A stretch of DNA of 64,000 nt. Source: Nitrosopumilus sp. (lineage in GTDB: Archaea; Thermoproteota; Nitrososphaeria; Nitrososphaerales; Nitrosopumilaceae). The notes under the pieces are model-generated. The model saw only the letters and a program-made list of their open reading frames with translations. It made no database searches and was not told the DNA's origin. The DNA lies in assembly GCA_965206745.1 (NCBI GenBank), contig OZ242220.1:1504001-1568000 (forward strand), read 5' to 3'. This document shows, one piece after another, positions 15,001 through 30,000 of this stretch (position 1 is the stretch's first letter; the number at the start of each line of letters is the position of its first letter). A program made the translations under genes and the position numbers.

Positions 15001-18000
15001 AGTTCCTCATCACCATCAAGATGCGTAGCGGTGAACTGTATTTCTACGAGGTCACCTACATTGGGTGTAGGATCGAAAGTGTCTGGGGTATTTATTGTCG
15101 GTGCCAGGTTGACGTTGATTACCTCTATGGAACTAGTCTGAGTTATGTTAGCATTTGGACCGTTGCCGTCGTCATTGTATGTCCACCTGAACTCGAACCG
15201 TTCTGGTGAGAGTGCGTTAGTTGTCGCATTATGGGATACGGTTCCTTCAAATGTTCCATCATCAGGGTTTAGCCTTATTCCAAGTGGCAGTTCGCCAGAT
15301 TCGTGGGTATATCTTATTATGGGGAATAGCGTATCGTCGGGATCATTAATTGCACCTGAGAGGGAACGTAGTACTGAGTCTCCCTCGCGGACTTGCTCAC
15401 TGTACGGTGTGTCAGATAGGGACGGTGGTGCGTTTGTCTCTGCCACATCAAATGCGATGGTATAGGTGGCTACCTTCTCTCCGGGATCAGTCAGGGTGAT
15501 TATAAAGTGGACTGTGCTGCTGCCGTGGGATTCACCTGGTGTCCACGTGAATATGCCATCTTGATCAATCACTGCATTGTTGGTTGCATTTGCCTGTACA
15601 GTCCACTCCGGCTCATCATCACCTGTATCAGTGTCAGGATCCATGCCCTCAAAGTCAACTGATACCAATTCTCCCTCATCAGGTGTATCATCAACAGCAC
15701 CTGAAGGACCGTCTATCACAGGTGCTCTGTTATAGTTGGTTACAGTGATTGTGCCAGCCCGGACAGGTTCTGGTGTATTGACGCCGTCATCATATGTCCA
15801 TTGGATGGTGTAGGTTCTGGTCGGGTCTGCATAGGTTGCAGTGTCAAATGGGAATGATGCATCAAATGCGCCAGTTGTCTCATCAAAGGAGCCGCTGACG
15901 ACAGCAGGTAGTGGAGGGTCGCTTGATTCTAACGTGTATACGATGGTGCCAGATGACGATTCCACAGGGTCACTTACCGCACTTGAGAGTGGCGGAATTC
16001 TGCCGCCTTCAGATACTCCGGCATTATATTCAGATAGGTCTGGTATCTCGTCTATTGTTGGTGTGAGTTCCGTCTCAGATACGGTAAATTCAATCTCTTC
16101 AGTGGCTCTTGCGCCTATAGGATCAGTGAGGGTGATGTTAAATGAGACAGTGTCTCCATCGCCATACTGACCGCCTGGAATCCACAAAAAGTCACCGGTG
16201 GCAGGATTGATAATTGCGCCGTCATTGTTTGGAGATATGCCCCATATTGGTGCAGCCTCGCCTGTAGTGTCATCAGTATCAGGATCCATACCCTCAAAGT
16301 CATATGATACTGCTTGGAATTGGGCAGGTGTATTGTTGATACCGTTCGGAGGTGTGATTACAGGCTCTCGGTTGTCGTTGTTTACTGTCAGTATGGCAAA
16401 CATTTGAGGCGGTGATGGGTTGGTGTCATCTGTATACGTCCATGTAATGTTATAGTTTACAAAGCCTGGATCAGAGTCTGCAGTGTCAAATGGGAACGTG
16501 TCTGAAAAGTCACCGGTTGCACTATCAATGGTGATACCAGGCAGTGGAGGGTCACTTGATACAAATGTATAACTGATGGTACCGTCTGGAGAATCTTCGG
16601 CAGGGTCGCTGACTACGATGGAGAGTGACGGTACATCCTGTCCTTCAAGGATTGACTGTGAGTATTGGACAATTCGGGGCGGATCACTTTCTGGCGTGTT
16701 TGGAGTGTCAGTTATGACAAATGGGACAGTCCTTGTGACCTGCTCATCTGCAGCATCAGTTAAGGTGAATATAACATCTACTGTGCCGGCGTGGGACTCG
16801 CCTGGAATCCACAGGAATGTGCCGTTTTCTGGATGAATCGTTGCATCGACAGTAGCATCAGCAGAGGATACGCTCCACCTTGGCAGAGGATCGTTTGTGT
16901 CCTCATCAGAGCCGCTGGCAATAAATGATATTGTTTCAAACTCAGAGTATGTCCTGGGGCCCGGAATCAGGTCAATTGTAGGTGCTCGGTTCTCGTTCTC
17001 TACAGTCAGGATGCCGTGCTGTACAGGAGAGGTTACAAAGTCGTATGTAAGGGTCCACTCAAACTCGTAGGTTGCAGGATCCTCCAAGGCAGATACCGTA
17101 TCGTATGGAATGACATTTCTAAATGCGCCGGTGTTAGTATTCAGGAGATCTTTGAGGGATTCAGGCAGGGTGCCTTCTCCGATGTCGTAGACTAGTGTGG
17201 CGCCTGGTGGAATTGTATCGGGGTCAACTGCATCAGACAGTGAAGGAATCACGCTATTCTCTGCTACTCTTTCTGTGTAGGAGGTAAATGTCGGTTCGAC
17301 ACTTTGAGGCGGCTCGGTTCTCTCCTGCACGTCAACTGTGATGATTCGGTCATCCTTGTCCCCTGCAGGATCAGTGAGGGTGAGCTTGAATGAGGCCGTG
17401 GTACTGGCATGAGTGTCATCAGGGGTCCACGTGAATAGACCGCTTGTCCTGCCAATCTCTGCACCGTCATCATTTGGAGATATGCTCCATGTTGGGGCAG
17501 CCTCGCCTGTAGCAGAATCAGTATCGGGATCATCGCCTGTCATGGTAAATTGCAGGGTATCTCCAGGACTAGGTGAGACAAACGAGGGTGTTGCACCTAT
17601 CACGGGCTCTCGGTTGTCGTTGTTTACTCGCAACGAGCCGAATTGTTCCTCTGGTACTGCACCACTGCCGTCTGTATACATCCATGTTATCTCATATCGT
17701 ATAAAGCCAGGATCAGAGTCTGTGGTGTTAAATGGGAATGATCCGTCAAAGTCACCGGTGTTCTCATCAAAGTCGACGTCATCAGGCAGGTCCGGGCTGA
17801 TGTCTAACAATTCATAACGGATGGCACCGTCTGGCGGAACCTCTACGGGATCTCGGACCAGTTCTGAGAGACTGGGAATTGGACTGCCTTCCAATACTCC
17901 CCTCACGTAACGGAATATGGCAGGTTCCTCATTTACGTCTGGCGTGTCATCAACATTAGTTATGGTAAAGTCAAGCGGTACATCGTCTTTGTCACCTACA

Positions 18001-21000
18001 GGATCAGTGAGGGTGACGTTAAATGAGACTGTGTCTCCCTCGTCATACTGGTCACCCACAATCCACGTGAATGCCCCACTGGTGGAATTGATGTATGCAC
18101 CGTCATCATTTGGAGATATGCTCCATGTTGGGGGATCATCACCTGTATCAGTATCTTCATCCATACCCTCAAAGTCAAATGATACTGTTTGGAGTTCTGT
18201 AGGGTTTTCGTTGAAGCCGGTTCGAGTTGTAATTACAGGTGCCCGGTTGTCGTTGTTTACTGTCAGTATGGCAAACTGTTCATCTGATGTACCAGTGCCG
18301 TCTGTATACGTCCATGTAATGTTATAGGTTACAAAGCCCGGATCAGAGTTTACAGTGTCAAATGGGAACGTGGCTGAAAAGTCACCGGTTGCCCCAATGG
18401 CGACAGGCAGTGGAGGGTCACTTGATACAAATGTATAACTGATGGCACCGACTGTCCCATCCTCGGCAGGGTCGCTGACTGCGATGGAGAGTGACGGGAC
18501 ATCCTGTCCTTCAAGTACAGTCTGTGAGTATGAGACAATTCGGGGCGGATCGTCACCTGACGTGTTTGGAGTGTCAATTATGTTAAATATGACAGTCTCT
18601 GTGTCCAGCTCACCTGCAGCATCAGTCAAGTTAAATGTAAACAGGATTGTGCTGCCGCCGCGAGACTCATCTGGAATCCACAGGAATGCCCCATTCTCCA
18701 GATGAATCTCTGCATCAGTGGAGACGGTGGCATTGTCCGATACACTCCACCTTGGCAGAGGATCGTTTGTGTCCTCATCAAAGCCTCGCACGGTAAATGA
18801 TATTATTTCAAACTCAGAGTATGTCCTGGGGCCCGGAATCGGATCAACTGTTGGCAGTCTGTTGTTGTTCTCTACAGTTATGGTACTGTACTGCATCGGC
18901 GATGTTCCGGTGCCGTCCTCAAATGTCCACTCAATCTCGTAGGTTACAGAACCCTCCAGGGCAGATACCGTATCAAATGGGAACGTGGCTGAAAAGTCAC
19001 CGGTTGCCGTATCAAAGGATCCTCTGATGTCATCAGGCAGGTTGTGTGATGTGATATTATATGTGGATACAAGGTCTGCCTCTGCTTCCTCAGGGTTGGT
19101 GACTGCATCAGATAGTGAAGGGATTGGCGCATCCTCCTGTATCCTTTCTGTATAGGAGGCAAATGTCGGCACATTGTTTGGATCTACTGTAAACGTGTGG
19201 ATTGCAGTGGCAGGGATACCTTCCTCATCAGTTATGCTGAATGTGAATTCGACTCCAGTACCGCCATGCACATCACGTGGAGTCCACGAGAATACACCAC
19301 TCTGAGAAATTGTTGCATCTGTATTGGCATCAGAGTCATTAGAGGATACGCTCCATGTTGGCGGGTCGTCATTGGTGTCATCATCCCCGCCTAGCAGGGC
19401 AACTGGTACATTTTGACCGACAAAAATCAGTTCAGGTGTACCATCTGGAACCTGGATGGTTGGGAGCTGGTTGAGGTTCGTTACGTTTAGTGTACCAGGC
19501 TGATTCGGTGATGTTGTTCCAGAGCCGTCAGTGAAGGTCCACGCAAACGTAAAGAATTGGAATTCTTGCTCAAATGATACGGTATCAAATGGAATGACAG
19601 GACTAAACGCGCCAGTGTTTTCATTCAGAGTAACTGCAACCATACTCAGATTGCCAATTCCATCTACGATGGCATATCTGGGAGGGGTCTCTGAGGATTC
19701 ATCAAGGTTGTTGACGAAATCAGAGAGGGGAGGAACGGCATCACCTTCTGGCACTGTCTCGGCATACATATCAAATGGGGATGTCACAGCATTGACTGTC
19801 AGGGTGTAGGTACCTGAAGCAGTATCTACAGTGTTTGTTGCATCGTATTCTATTGTAAATTGCCGCGATAATTCTCCGTCAGGTACGACATTATCACTTA
19901 TAGTACCAGTTATGGTACATGCCTCATCATTAAATCTGAGATCGTCAGGCAGGTTCCTGGGGTCGGTGATGGTACAGGTTACGCCACCTGGACCCGTAGC
20001 TCCAAGTGGGATGTCTACTGTCTCACCTTCTGTGCGAGTTGAGGTACCGTTCGGTGCAGTAATTGTTGAAACGTCATCTACCAGTATGGTGCCAGGCTGG
20101 GATCCAGATGTAGATTCACCAACACTGTATGTCCATTCAAATGGGAATGGTCGTGGTGAGTTTCCGGCAGTTGTAGCATCATGGGGTACGGTTCCTGCAA
20201 ATGTTCCATCATCACGGTTTAGCGTTATGCCAGATGGCAGTGCTTCAGTAAGTACGATGTCATATGTTATGCCAGGTACCGACTCTACACCAACTATTAC
20301 ACTTGCAAGCGAGGTGGGTATTTGCTGTCCCTCATCGACATCAACAGTGTATGGGCCAGATGTGTCAGGCAGTTCACTTGCTGCTGCAGACACAATAATT
20401 GTGTGCGGTTCAGTGCTAGATCCACCACGACCATCACTTAGCGTAAATGTAAATTCGTTAGGACCTATATGCGCTTCTGCAGGAGTCCATGTGAATTCTA
20501 TGCTTGATCCGGTGGTTGCATTAAGTACTGCACCGGTGGCAGTTGAAGAATCATCTGATAGGGACCATGTCAAAGTATTGCCATCAGGATCCTCACCGGT
20601 CACTACAAATGTGACTGGGTCGCCTACAACAGCTGTGGTATCGGCATCCGGTGGGATGGTTATGATTGGGTCTCTGACAGGTATAGTAAATTCTATTATC
20701 CTAGTGGCTGGAGTAGTAATTATACCATCAGTCACTTGGACTGTCCTATCTGCAAATCCACCTTCATGGAAATGAGGAGGCGTATATGTAAAGAATCCGG
20801 TTCTCGCATCAATTTCTGCACCCTGATCATTGCCGCGTTCTAGACTCCATACCAGTTCCTCATCACCATCAAGATGCGTAGCGGTGAACTGTATTTCTAC
20901 GAGGTCACCTACATTGGGTGTAGGATCGAAAGTGTCTGGGGTATTTATTGTCGGTGCCAGGTTGACGTTGATTACCTCTATGGAACTAGTCTGAGTTATG

Positions 21001-24000
21001 TTAGCATTTGGACCGTTGCCGTCGTCATTGTATGTCCACCTGAACTCGAACCGTTCTGGTGAGAGTGCGTTAGTTGTCGCATTATGGGATACGGTTCCTT
21101 CAAATGTTCCATCATCAGGGTTTAGCCTTATTCCAAGTGGCAGTTCGCCAGATTCGTGGGTATATCTTATTATGGGGAATAGCGTATCGTCGGGATCATT
21201 AATTGCACCTGAGAGGGAACGTAGTACTGAGTCTCCCTCGCGGACTTGCTCACTGTACGGTGTGTCAGATAGGGACGGTGGTGCGTTTGTCTCTGCCACA
21301 TCAAATGCGATGGTATAGGTGGCTACCTTCTCTCCGGGATCAGTCAGGGTGATTATAAAGTGGACTGTGCTGCTGCCGTGGGATTCACCTGGTGTCCACG
21401 TGAATATGCCATCTTGATCAATCACTGCATTGTTGGTTGCATTTGCCTGTACAGTCCACTCCGGCTCATCATCACCTGTATCAGTGTCAGGATCCATGCC
21501 CTCAAAGTCAACTGATACCAATTCTCCCTCATCAGGTGTATCATCAACAGCACCTGAAGGACCGTCTATCACAGGTGCTCTGTTATAGTTGGTTACAGTG
21601 ATTGTGCCAGCCCGGACAGGTTCTGGTGTATTGACGCCGTCATCATATGTCCATTGGATGGTGTAGACTCTGGTAGGGTCTGCATAGGTTGCAGTGTCAA
21701 ATGGGAATGATGCATCAAATGCGCCAGTTGTCTCATCAAAGGAGCCGCTGACGACAGCAGGTAGTGGAGGGTCGCTTGATTCTAACGTGTATACGGGGGT
21801 GCCAGTTGTCGAATCCTCTACAGGGTCACTTACCGCACTTGAGAGTGGCGGAATTCTGCCGCCTTCAGATACTCCGGCATTATATTCAGATAGTACAGGT
21901 GGCTCATTGTCTGTGGTGGGTGCCGTCTCAGATACGGTAAATTCAATCTCTTCAGTGGCTCTTGCGCCTATAGGATCAGTGAGGGTGATGTTAAATGAGA
22001 CAGTGTCTCCATCGCCATACTGACCGCCTGGAATCCACAAAAAGTCACCGGTGGCAGGATTGATAATTGCGCCGTCATTGTTTGGAGATATGCCCCATAT
22101 TGGTGCAGCCTCGCCTGTAGTGTCATCAGTATCAGGATCCATACCCTCAAAGTCATATGATACTGCTTGGAATTGGGCAGGTGTATTGTTGATACCGTTC
22201 GGAGGTGTGATTACAGGCTCTCGGTTGTCGTTGTTTACTGTCAGTATGGCAAACATTTGAGGCGGTGATGGGTTGGTGTCATCTGTATACGTCCATGTAA
22301 TGTTATAGTTTACAAAGCCTGGATCAGAGTCTGCAGTGTCAAATGGGAACGTGTCTGAAAAGTCACCGGTTGCACTATCAATGGTGATACCAGGCAGTGG
22401 AGGGTCACTTGATACAAATGTATAACTGATGGTACCGTCTGGAGAATCTTCGGCAGGGTCGCTGACTACGATGGAGAGTGACGGTACATCCTGTCCTTCA
22501 AGGATTGACTGTGAGTATTGGACAATTCGGGGCGGATCACTTTCTGGCGTGTTTGGAGTGTCAGTTATGACAAATGGGACAGTCCTTGTGACCTGCTCAT
22601 CTGCAGCATCAGTTAAGGTGAATATAACATCTACTGTGCCGGCGTGGGACTCGCCTGGAATCCACAGGAATGTGCCGTTTTCTGGATGAATCGTTGCATC
22701 GACAGTAGCATCAGCAGAGGATACGCTCCACCTTGGCAGAGGATCGTTTGTGTCCTCATCAGAGCCGCTGGCAATAAATGATATTATTTCAAACTCAGAG
22801 TATGTCCTGGGGCCCGGAATCAGGTCAATTGTAGGTGCTCGGTTCTCGTTCTCTACAGTCAGGATGCCGTGCTGTACAGGAGAGGTTACAAAGTCGTATG
22901 TAAGGGTCCACTCAAACTCGTAGGTTGCAGGATCCTCCAGGGCAGATACCGTATCGTATGGAATGGTATCTGTAAATGCGCCGGTGTTAGTATTCAGGAG
23001 ATCTTTGAGGGATTCAGGCAGGGTGCCTTCTCCGATGTCGTAGACTAGTGTGGCGCCTGGTGGAATTGTATCGGGGTCAACTGCATCAGACAGTGAAGGA
23101 ATCACGCTATTCTCTGCTACTCTTTCTGTGTAGGAGGTAAATGTCGGTTCAGCACTTTGAGGCGGCTCGGTTCTCTCCTGCACGTCAACTGTGATGATTC
23201 GGTCATCCTTGTCCCCTGCAGGATCAGTGAGGGTGAGCTTGAATGAGGCCGTGGTACTGGCATGAGTGTCATCAGGGGTCCACGTGAATAGACCGCTTGT
23301 CCTGCCAATCTCTGCACCGTCATCATTTGGAGATATGCTCCATGTTGGGGCAGCCTCGCCTGTAGCAGAATCAGTATCGGGATCATCGCCTGTCATGGTA
23401 AATTGCAGGGTATCTCCAGGACTAGGTGAGACAAACGAGGGTGTTGCACCTATCACGGGCTCTCGGTTGTCGTTGTTTACTCGCAACGAGCCGAATTGTT
23501 CCTCTGGTACTGCACCACTGCCGTCTGTATACATCCATGTTATCTCATATCGTATAAAGCCAGGATCAGAGTCTGTGGTGTTAAATGGGAATGATCCGTC
23601 AAAGTCACCGGTGTTCTCATCAAAGTCGACGTCATCAGGCAGGGACGGGCTGATGTCTAACAATTCATAACGGATGTCACCGTCTGGCGGAATCTCTACG
23701 GGATCTCGGACCAGTTCTGAGAGACTGGGAATTGGACTGCCTTCCAATACTCCCCTCACGTAACGGAATATGGCAGGTTCCTCATTTACGTCTGGCGTGT
23801 CATCAACATTAGTTATGGTAAAGTCAAGCGGTACATCGTCTTTGTCACCTACAGGATCAGTGAGGGTGACGTTAAATGAGACTGTGTCTCCCTCGTCATA
23901 CTGGTCACCCACAATCCACGTGAATGCCCCACTGGTGGAATTGATGTATGCACCGTCATCATTTGGAGATATGCTCCATGTTGGGGGATCATCACCTGTA

Positions 24001-27000
24001 TCAGTATCTTCATCCATACCCTCAAAGTCAAATGATACTGTTTGGAGTTCTGTAGGGTTTTCGTTGAAGCCGGTTCGAGTTGTAATTACAGGTGCCCGGT
24101 TGTCGTTGTTTACTGTCAGTATGGCAAACTGTTCATCTGATGTACCAGTGCCGTCTGTATACGTCCATGTAATGTTATAGGTTACAAAGCCCGGATCAGA
24201 GTTTACAGTGTCAAATGGGAACGTGGCTGAAAAGTCACCGGTTGCCCCAATGGCGACAGGCAGTGGAGGGTCACTTGATACAAATGTATAACTGATGGTA
24301 CCGACTGTCCCATCCTCGGCAGGGTCGCTGACTGCGATGGAGAGTGACGGGACATCCTGTCCTTCAAGTACAGTCTGTGAGTATGAGACAATTCGGGGCG
24401 GATCGTCACCTGACGTGTTTGGAGTGTCAATTATGTTAAATATGACAGTCTCTGTGTCCAGCTCACCTGCAGCATCAGTCAAGTTAAATGTAAACAGGAT
24501 TGTGCTGCCGCCGCGAGACTCATCTGGAATCCACAGGAATGCCCCATTCTCCAGATGAATCTCTGCATCAGTGGAGACGGTGGCATTGTCCGATACACTC
24601 CACCTTGGCAGAGGATCGTTTGTGTCCTCATCAAAGCCTCGCACGGTAAATGATATTATTTCAAACTCAGAGTATGTCCTGGGGCCCGGAATCGGATCAA
24701 CTGTTGGCAGTCTGTTGTTGTTCTCTACAGTTATGGTACTGTACTGCATCGGCGATGTTCCGGTGCCGTCCTCAAATGTCCACTCAATCTCGTAGGTTAC
24801 AGAACCCTCCAGGGCAGATACCGTATCAAATGGGAACGTGGCTGAAAAGTCACCGGTTGCCGTATCAAAGGATCCTCTGATGTCATCAGGCAGGTTGTGT
24901 GATGTGATATTATATGTGGATACAAGGTCTGCCTCTGCTTCCTCAGGGTTGGTGACTGCATCAGATAGTGAAGGGATTGGCGCATCCTCCTGTATCCTTT
25001 CTGTATAGGAGGTAAATGTCGGTGATGGGCTTGCCCCTACATCAAATGCGATATCCTTCATGGCTTTTCCTGCACGGCCATCAGTCAGCGTTACGGTAAA
25101 TATGACACGGGTATTGGCTTGGTCTTGGGTTGGAGTAAATGTGAATAATCCGTCCTGATCAATATCTGCACCATCAGGAGCGCCATCTAGATTAAGAGGC
25201 GATATGCCCCATCCTAGGTCATCATCGTCAGGATCCTCACCAGTCAGGGTGAATTGTACGATATCTCCAGGATTAGGTGTAGAGTCAAAAGGCGGATCGT
25301 TAGTTATCATAGGGGGTCGGTTGGTATTGGTTACATTTAATATACCAATCTGGTTATCGGGGTTCCCAGTGCCGTCCTCGAATGTCCAGACAAACACAAA
25401 GAGTTGAAAATCAAGTGAATTGGCTACTGCACTATGGGAGACATTACCACTAAAGGTACCATTGTTTCTATTCAGAGAAGAGACTATGACATCTGGGAGT
25501 CCAGATATGATTGTATAGATGGATGTGTCGTCTTCTGGAATTTCATCAGGATTATCAACTACACCAGACAGTGGAGGAATTCTATCCTCATTGCTACCTT
25601 CTGTGGCCTGTCCTGTATATTGCCCAATTCTTGGTCGCGTGTTTACATCCTCCACCTCAAATGTAATGATCTCATTGTCTACCTTCTGTCCGGGATCAGT
25701 GAGGGTGAATGTGAATCTGACTGTGGTGTCGCCGTGAGTGTCATCTGGAGTCCACGTGAAGAGGCCATTTTGATCAATGACTGCATCAGTAGTTGCATTT
25801 GCCAGTACAGTCCATTCCGGCGGGTCATCACCTGAAACAGTAGCAGTACGAGTATCAGGATCAGAGCCAGTCAGCGTAAATGATGTCATTTGCTGCTCTG
25901 GAGGCGTTCTGTCGATACCAGAGGGGTCTTCTATCATTGGGCGCCGGTTCTCATTGGTTACCGTGATTGTGCCAGTCTCAGGGTCTTGTGGCGGTGTATT
26001 GACGCCGTCACTATACCTCCATTGGATGGTATAGACTCGGGTCGGCTCTGCATAGGTTGTAGTGTTAAATGGGAATGGTTCGCCAAATTCGCCGGTTGTA
26101 TCATCAAAGGAGTCCATGACGGCATCAGGCAGGGCAGGGACGCTTGATTCTAACGTGTATGCGATGGTGCCAGATGCCGAATCCTCTACAGGGTCACTTA
26201 CCGCACTTGAGAGTGGCGGAATCCTGTCGCCTTCTGATACTCCGGCATTATAATCAAATAGTATGGGTTCCTCGTCTGGTATTGTGAGTGCCGTCTCAGT
26301 TACGGTAAATTCAATCTCTTCAGTGTCTGCTGCACCTGCAGGATCAGTGAGGGTGACGTTAAATGAGACTGTGTCTCCGCCGTGCTCATCGCCTGGAATC
26401 CACAGGAATACACCAGATTCAGGATTGATAATTGCGCCGTCATCATTTGGAGATATGCTCCATGTTGGGGCAGCCTCGCCTGTAGCAGGATCAGTATCAG
26501 GATCTATACCCTCAAAGTCAAATGATATGGATTCAAATTCTGCAAGCGTATCATCAATGGTTGGAGGTGTAATTACAGGCTCTCGGTTGAAGTTGTTTAC
26601 TGTAATTGTGCCGGATTCTTCAGATGGTGATGCACCACTGCCGTCTGTATATGTCCATGTAATGTCATATTGTACAAAGCCAGGATCAGAGCCTGTGGTG
26701 TTGAATGGGAACGTGGCTGAAAAGTCACCGGTGTTCTCATCAAAGGATTCTGCAATGTCTTCAGGCAGGGTGGTGCCGCTTGGTACCAATGCATAACTGA
26801 TGGCACCAGCTGTCGAATCTTCGGCAGGGTCGATGACTGCGATGGAAAGCGATGGGATATCCTGTCCCTCAAGGATTGACTGTGAGTATGGGGCAAAGTC
26901 TGGAGCATCGTCTCCTGGCGTGTTTGGAGTGTCAGTTATGGTAAATGTGACAGGCTCTGTGGCATCTTCACCTGCAGCATCAGTCAAGGTGAATATGAAA

Positions 27001-30000
27001 TCCACTGTGCCGGCATGAGATTCACCTGGAATCCACAGGAATGTGCCGTTTTCTGGATGAATCGTTGCATCTGCATTGGCAGCAGTATTAGTAGAGGATA
27101 CGCTCCATCTTGGCAGAGGATCGTTTGTGTCCTCATCAGAGCCGCTCACATTAAATGATATTATTTCAAACTCAGAGTATGTCGTAGGGACCATAATCGG
27201 ATCAATTGTTGGCAGTCGGTTGTCGTTCTCTACAGTTATGGTACCATACTGTATCTCTGATCGTCCGGTACCGTCTGTAAATCTCCAAAAGAACTCGTAC
27301 GTTATGGAATCCTCCAGGGCAGATACTGCATCATGTGTGAACATGTTTGTAAATTCGCCGGTTGTCGGAACAAAGGAGCTGAGAATCTCCTCAGGCAGGT
27401 TGCTTGATGCGATGGCATAGTTCAGTACGTTCTCTGCTAAAATTCCATCAGGGTTTGTAAATACGCTAGACAGGGAAGGAATGGGGACATTCTCTGGTAT
27501 CGTTTCTGCGTACGTGGGCGCCTGCGTGTTTGTCTCTGCCACCTCAAATGTGATGATCTCATTGTCTACTTTCTGTCCGGGATCAGTGAGGGTGAATGTA
27601 AATCGGACTGTGCTGCCACCGTGAGATTCACTGGGAGTCCACGTGAAATCACCAGTCTCTTCATCAATCATTGCATCCGTAGTTGCATTTGCCAATACAG
27701 TCCATTCCGGCGGATCATCACCTGTAGCAGTATCAAGATCCATACCCTCAAAGTCAAATGATAATAGTTCGTGCTCTGAAGGTGTTCTGTCGATACCAGA
27801 GGGTTCTTCTATCATTGGGCGTCGGTTGTCGTTAGTTACTGTGATTATGCCAGTCTGAGTTTGTGGCGTGTATCCTGGACTGCCATCATTATATATCCAT
27901 TTGACGGTATAGTTTAGGGCAGGATTCGCATAGTTTGTAGTGTCAAATGGGAATGATTCATCAAATGCTCCGGTTCTCTGATTCAGAGAGTTTATGATGG
28001 ATGTAGGCAAGGTCGTACCATCTGATTCGATTGTGTATAGGGTGGCATTATCTGGCGGACTTTCGGCAGGATTGTTGACTGCAATTGAGAGGGGCGGAAT
28101 ACTTTTGTCTTCTAGTACTTTGACAAAATACTCAGACAGTTCAGGTGGCTCATTTATGTCAGGTGTAATTTCTGTCCTAGATACACGAAATTCAATCTCT
28201 TCAGTGGCTGGTCTACCTGCAGGATCAGTGAGGACGATGGTAAATGGGACTGTGGTGTCACCATGTCCATCACGTGGGGTCCACGTGAATGTTCCATTAA
28301 CAGGATTGATATATCCACCATCATCGTTGGCTACCACGCTCCACAATGGGGCAGGCTCAGCTATACCATCAGTATCTTCATCCTCACCTATCAGTGTAAA
28401 TGAAAATGTTTGGTATTCTGCAGCATTAAAGTCGATACCCTCTGGAATTGTAATTACAGGGTCGCGGTTGACGTTCTTTACTATCAGTTGGGCATCTAGT
28501 TCGTGTTCATCAAATTGTTCGTGATACGACCAAATAAAGTTTAGTGTTACAGGATCTCGGAAAGTAGTCACATAGGGATATGGGAAATAGTCAATTTGAT
28601 CTAGTGATTCGTCTGGATCAAATATGCCAGTTTTAGTGTTCACAGCATTTTTAATGTTTGAAGGAATTTCAGAAGGTATAACGTATTGGATATCCCGATC
28701 TACTGGATCTACTACAGGATCCCTAACTACGCTGGAAAAGTTTGGAAGGGGTTGCCTCTCAAATACTGTATGAAAGTATGGGATAAATTCAGCTAGCTCA
28801 TTTACATCTGTAGGGTCAGTATCATCTATGGTAAATGGGACAGTCTCTATGACTGATTCACCTGCAGCATCAGTCAAGTTGAATCTAACATCTATTGTGT
28901 GGCCGCCATGCTCATTACCTGGAATCCACCTGAATGTTCCATTCTCCAGATGAATCGATACATCTGCATCAGCGGCAGGGTCAGTAGAGGATACGCTCCA
29001 GGTTGGCTGAGGATCGTTTCCATCAGGATCAGAACCGGTCAGAGTAAATGATATTATTTCAAACTCAGAGTATGTCCTAAGGCCTGGAATCAGATCGATT
29101 GTCGGTGGTTGGTTGTTGTTCGCTACAGTCAGGGTACCAAACTGTCTCTCTGATGTTTCAGAGCCGACTGTGATTCTCCAAAAGAACTCGTAGGTTGTAG
29201 AATTCTCCAGGGCAGATACTGCATCAAATGGGAACTTGTTTGCAAAGTTACCAGTTGTCGTATCAAAGGAGCCCAGGATCTCCTCAGGCAGGTTGCCGTC
29301 TTCGATGTTATAGCTCAATGCGACATCTGGGGGAATTTCATCAAGGTTGCTAACTACATTGGAGAGTGAAGGAATTGTTGCATTCTCAAATACCGTTTCT
29401 GCGTAGGAAGTAAATGGTGGTAGGAGTGTAGATCCCACCTCAAATCTGAGAACCCTCTCGTCTGTTCCTCCACGGGCATCAGTTAGGACAATGTGAGCCG
29501 CGACGTTGGTATTGGCTTGGTCCCGAGTGGGGGCAAATCTGAAGTCTCCAGTGTCCCGATCAATTCTTGCACCCTGAGGAATGTCAGGTGATATGCTCCA
29601 TGCTAGAACATCTAGATCATCATCAGTACCAGTCAGAGGAACGTCCACTATATCTCCAGGAATAGGGGTTGGGTCAAAAGGAGGATTGTCATCTATCATA
29701 GGGGGCCGGTTGGTGTTGGTTACATTTAATGTACCAGTCTGGTTCACTGATTCCCCAGTGCCGTCTGTAAATGTCCAGACAAACTCAAAGAGTTGAAAAT
29801 TAAGTGAATTGTCTACTGCATCATGTGAAACAGGAGCTCTAAAGCTACCATTGTTTGCATGCAGAGAAGAGACTATGACCTCTGGGAGGTTTCCAGATTT
29901 GATTGTGTATGTGGATATGTCATCTTCTGGAATTTCATCAGGATTATCAACTACGCCAGACAGTGGAGGAATTCTATCCTCATCACTGCCCTCTGTGGCC

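Noticed and set aside
19915-19940. Clustered substitutions as possible diversity-generating retroelement activity
   Set aside because: The changes are not adenine-specific, and there is no reverse transcriptase or template repeat in the window.
3405-25022. CRISPR array or transposon-derived repeats
   Set aside because: The repeats are kilobase-scale, in-frame coding duplications. There is no short repeat-spacer pattern, cas gene, transposase or terminal inverted repeat.
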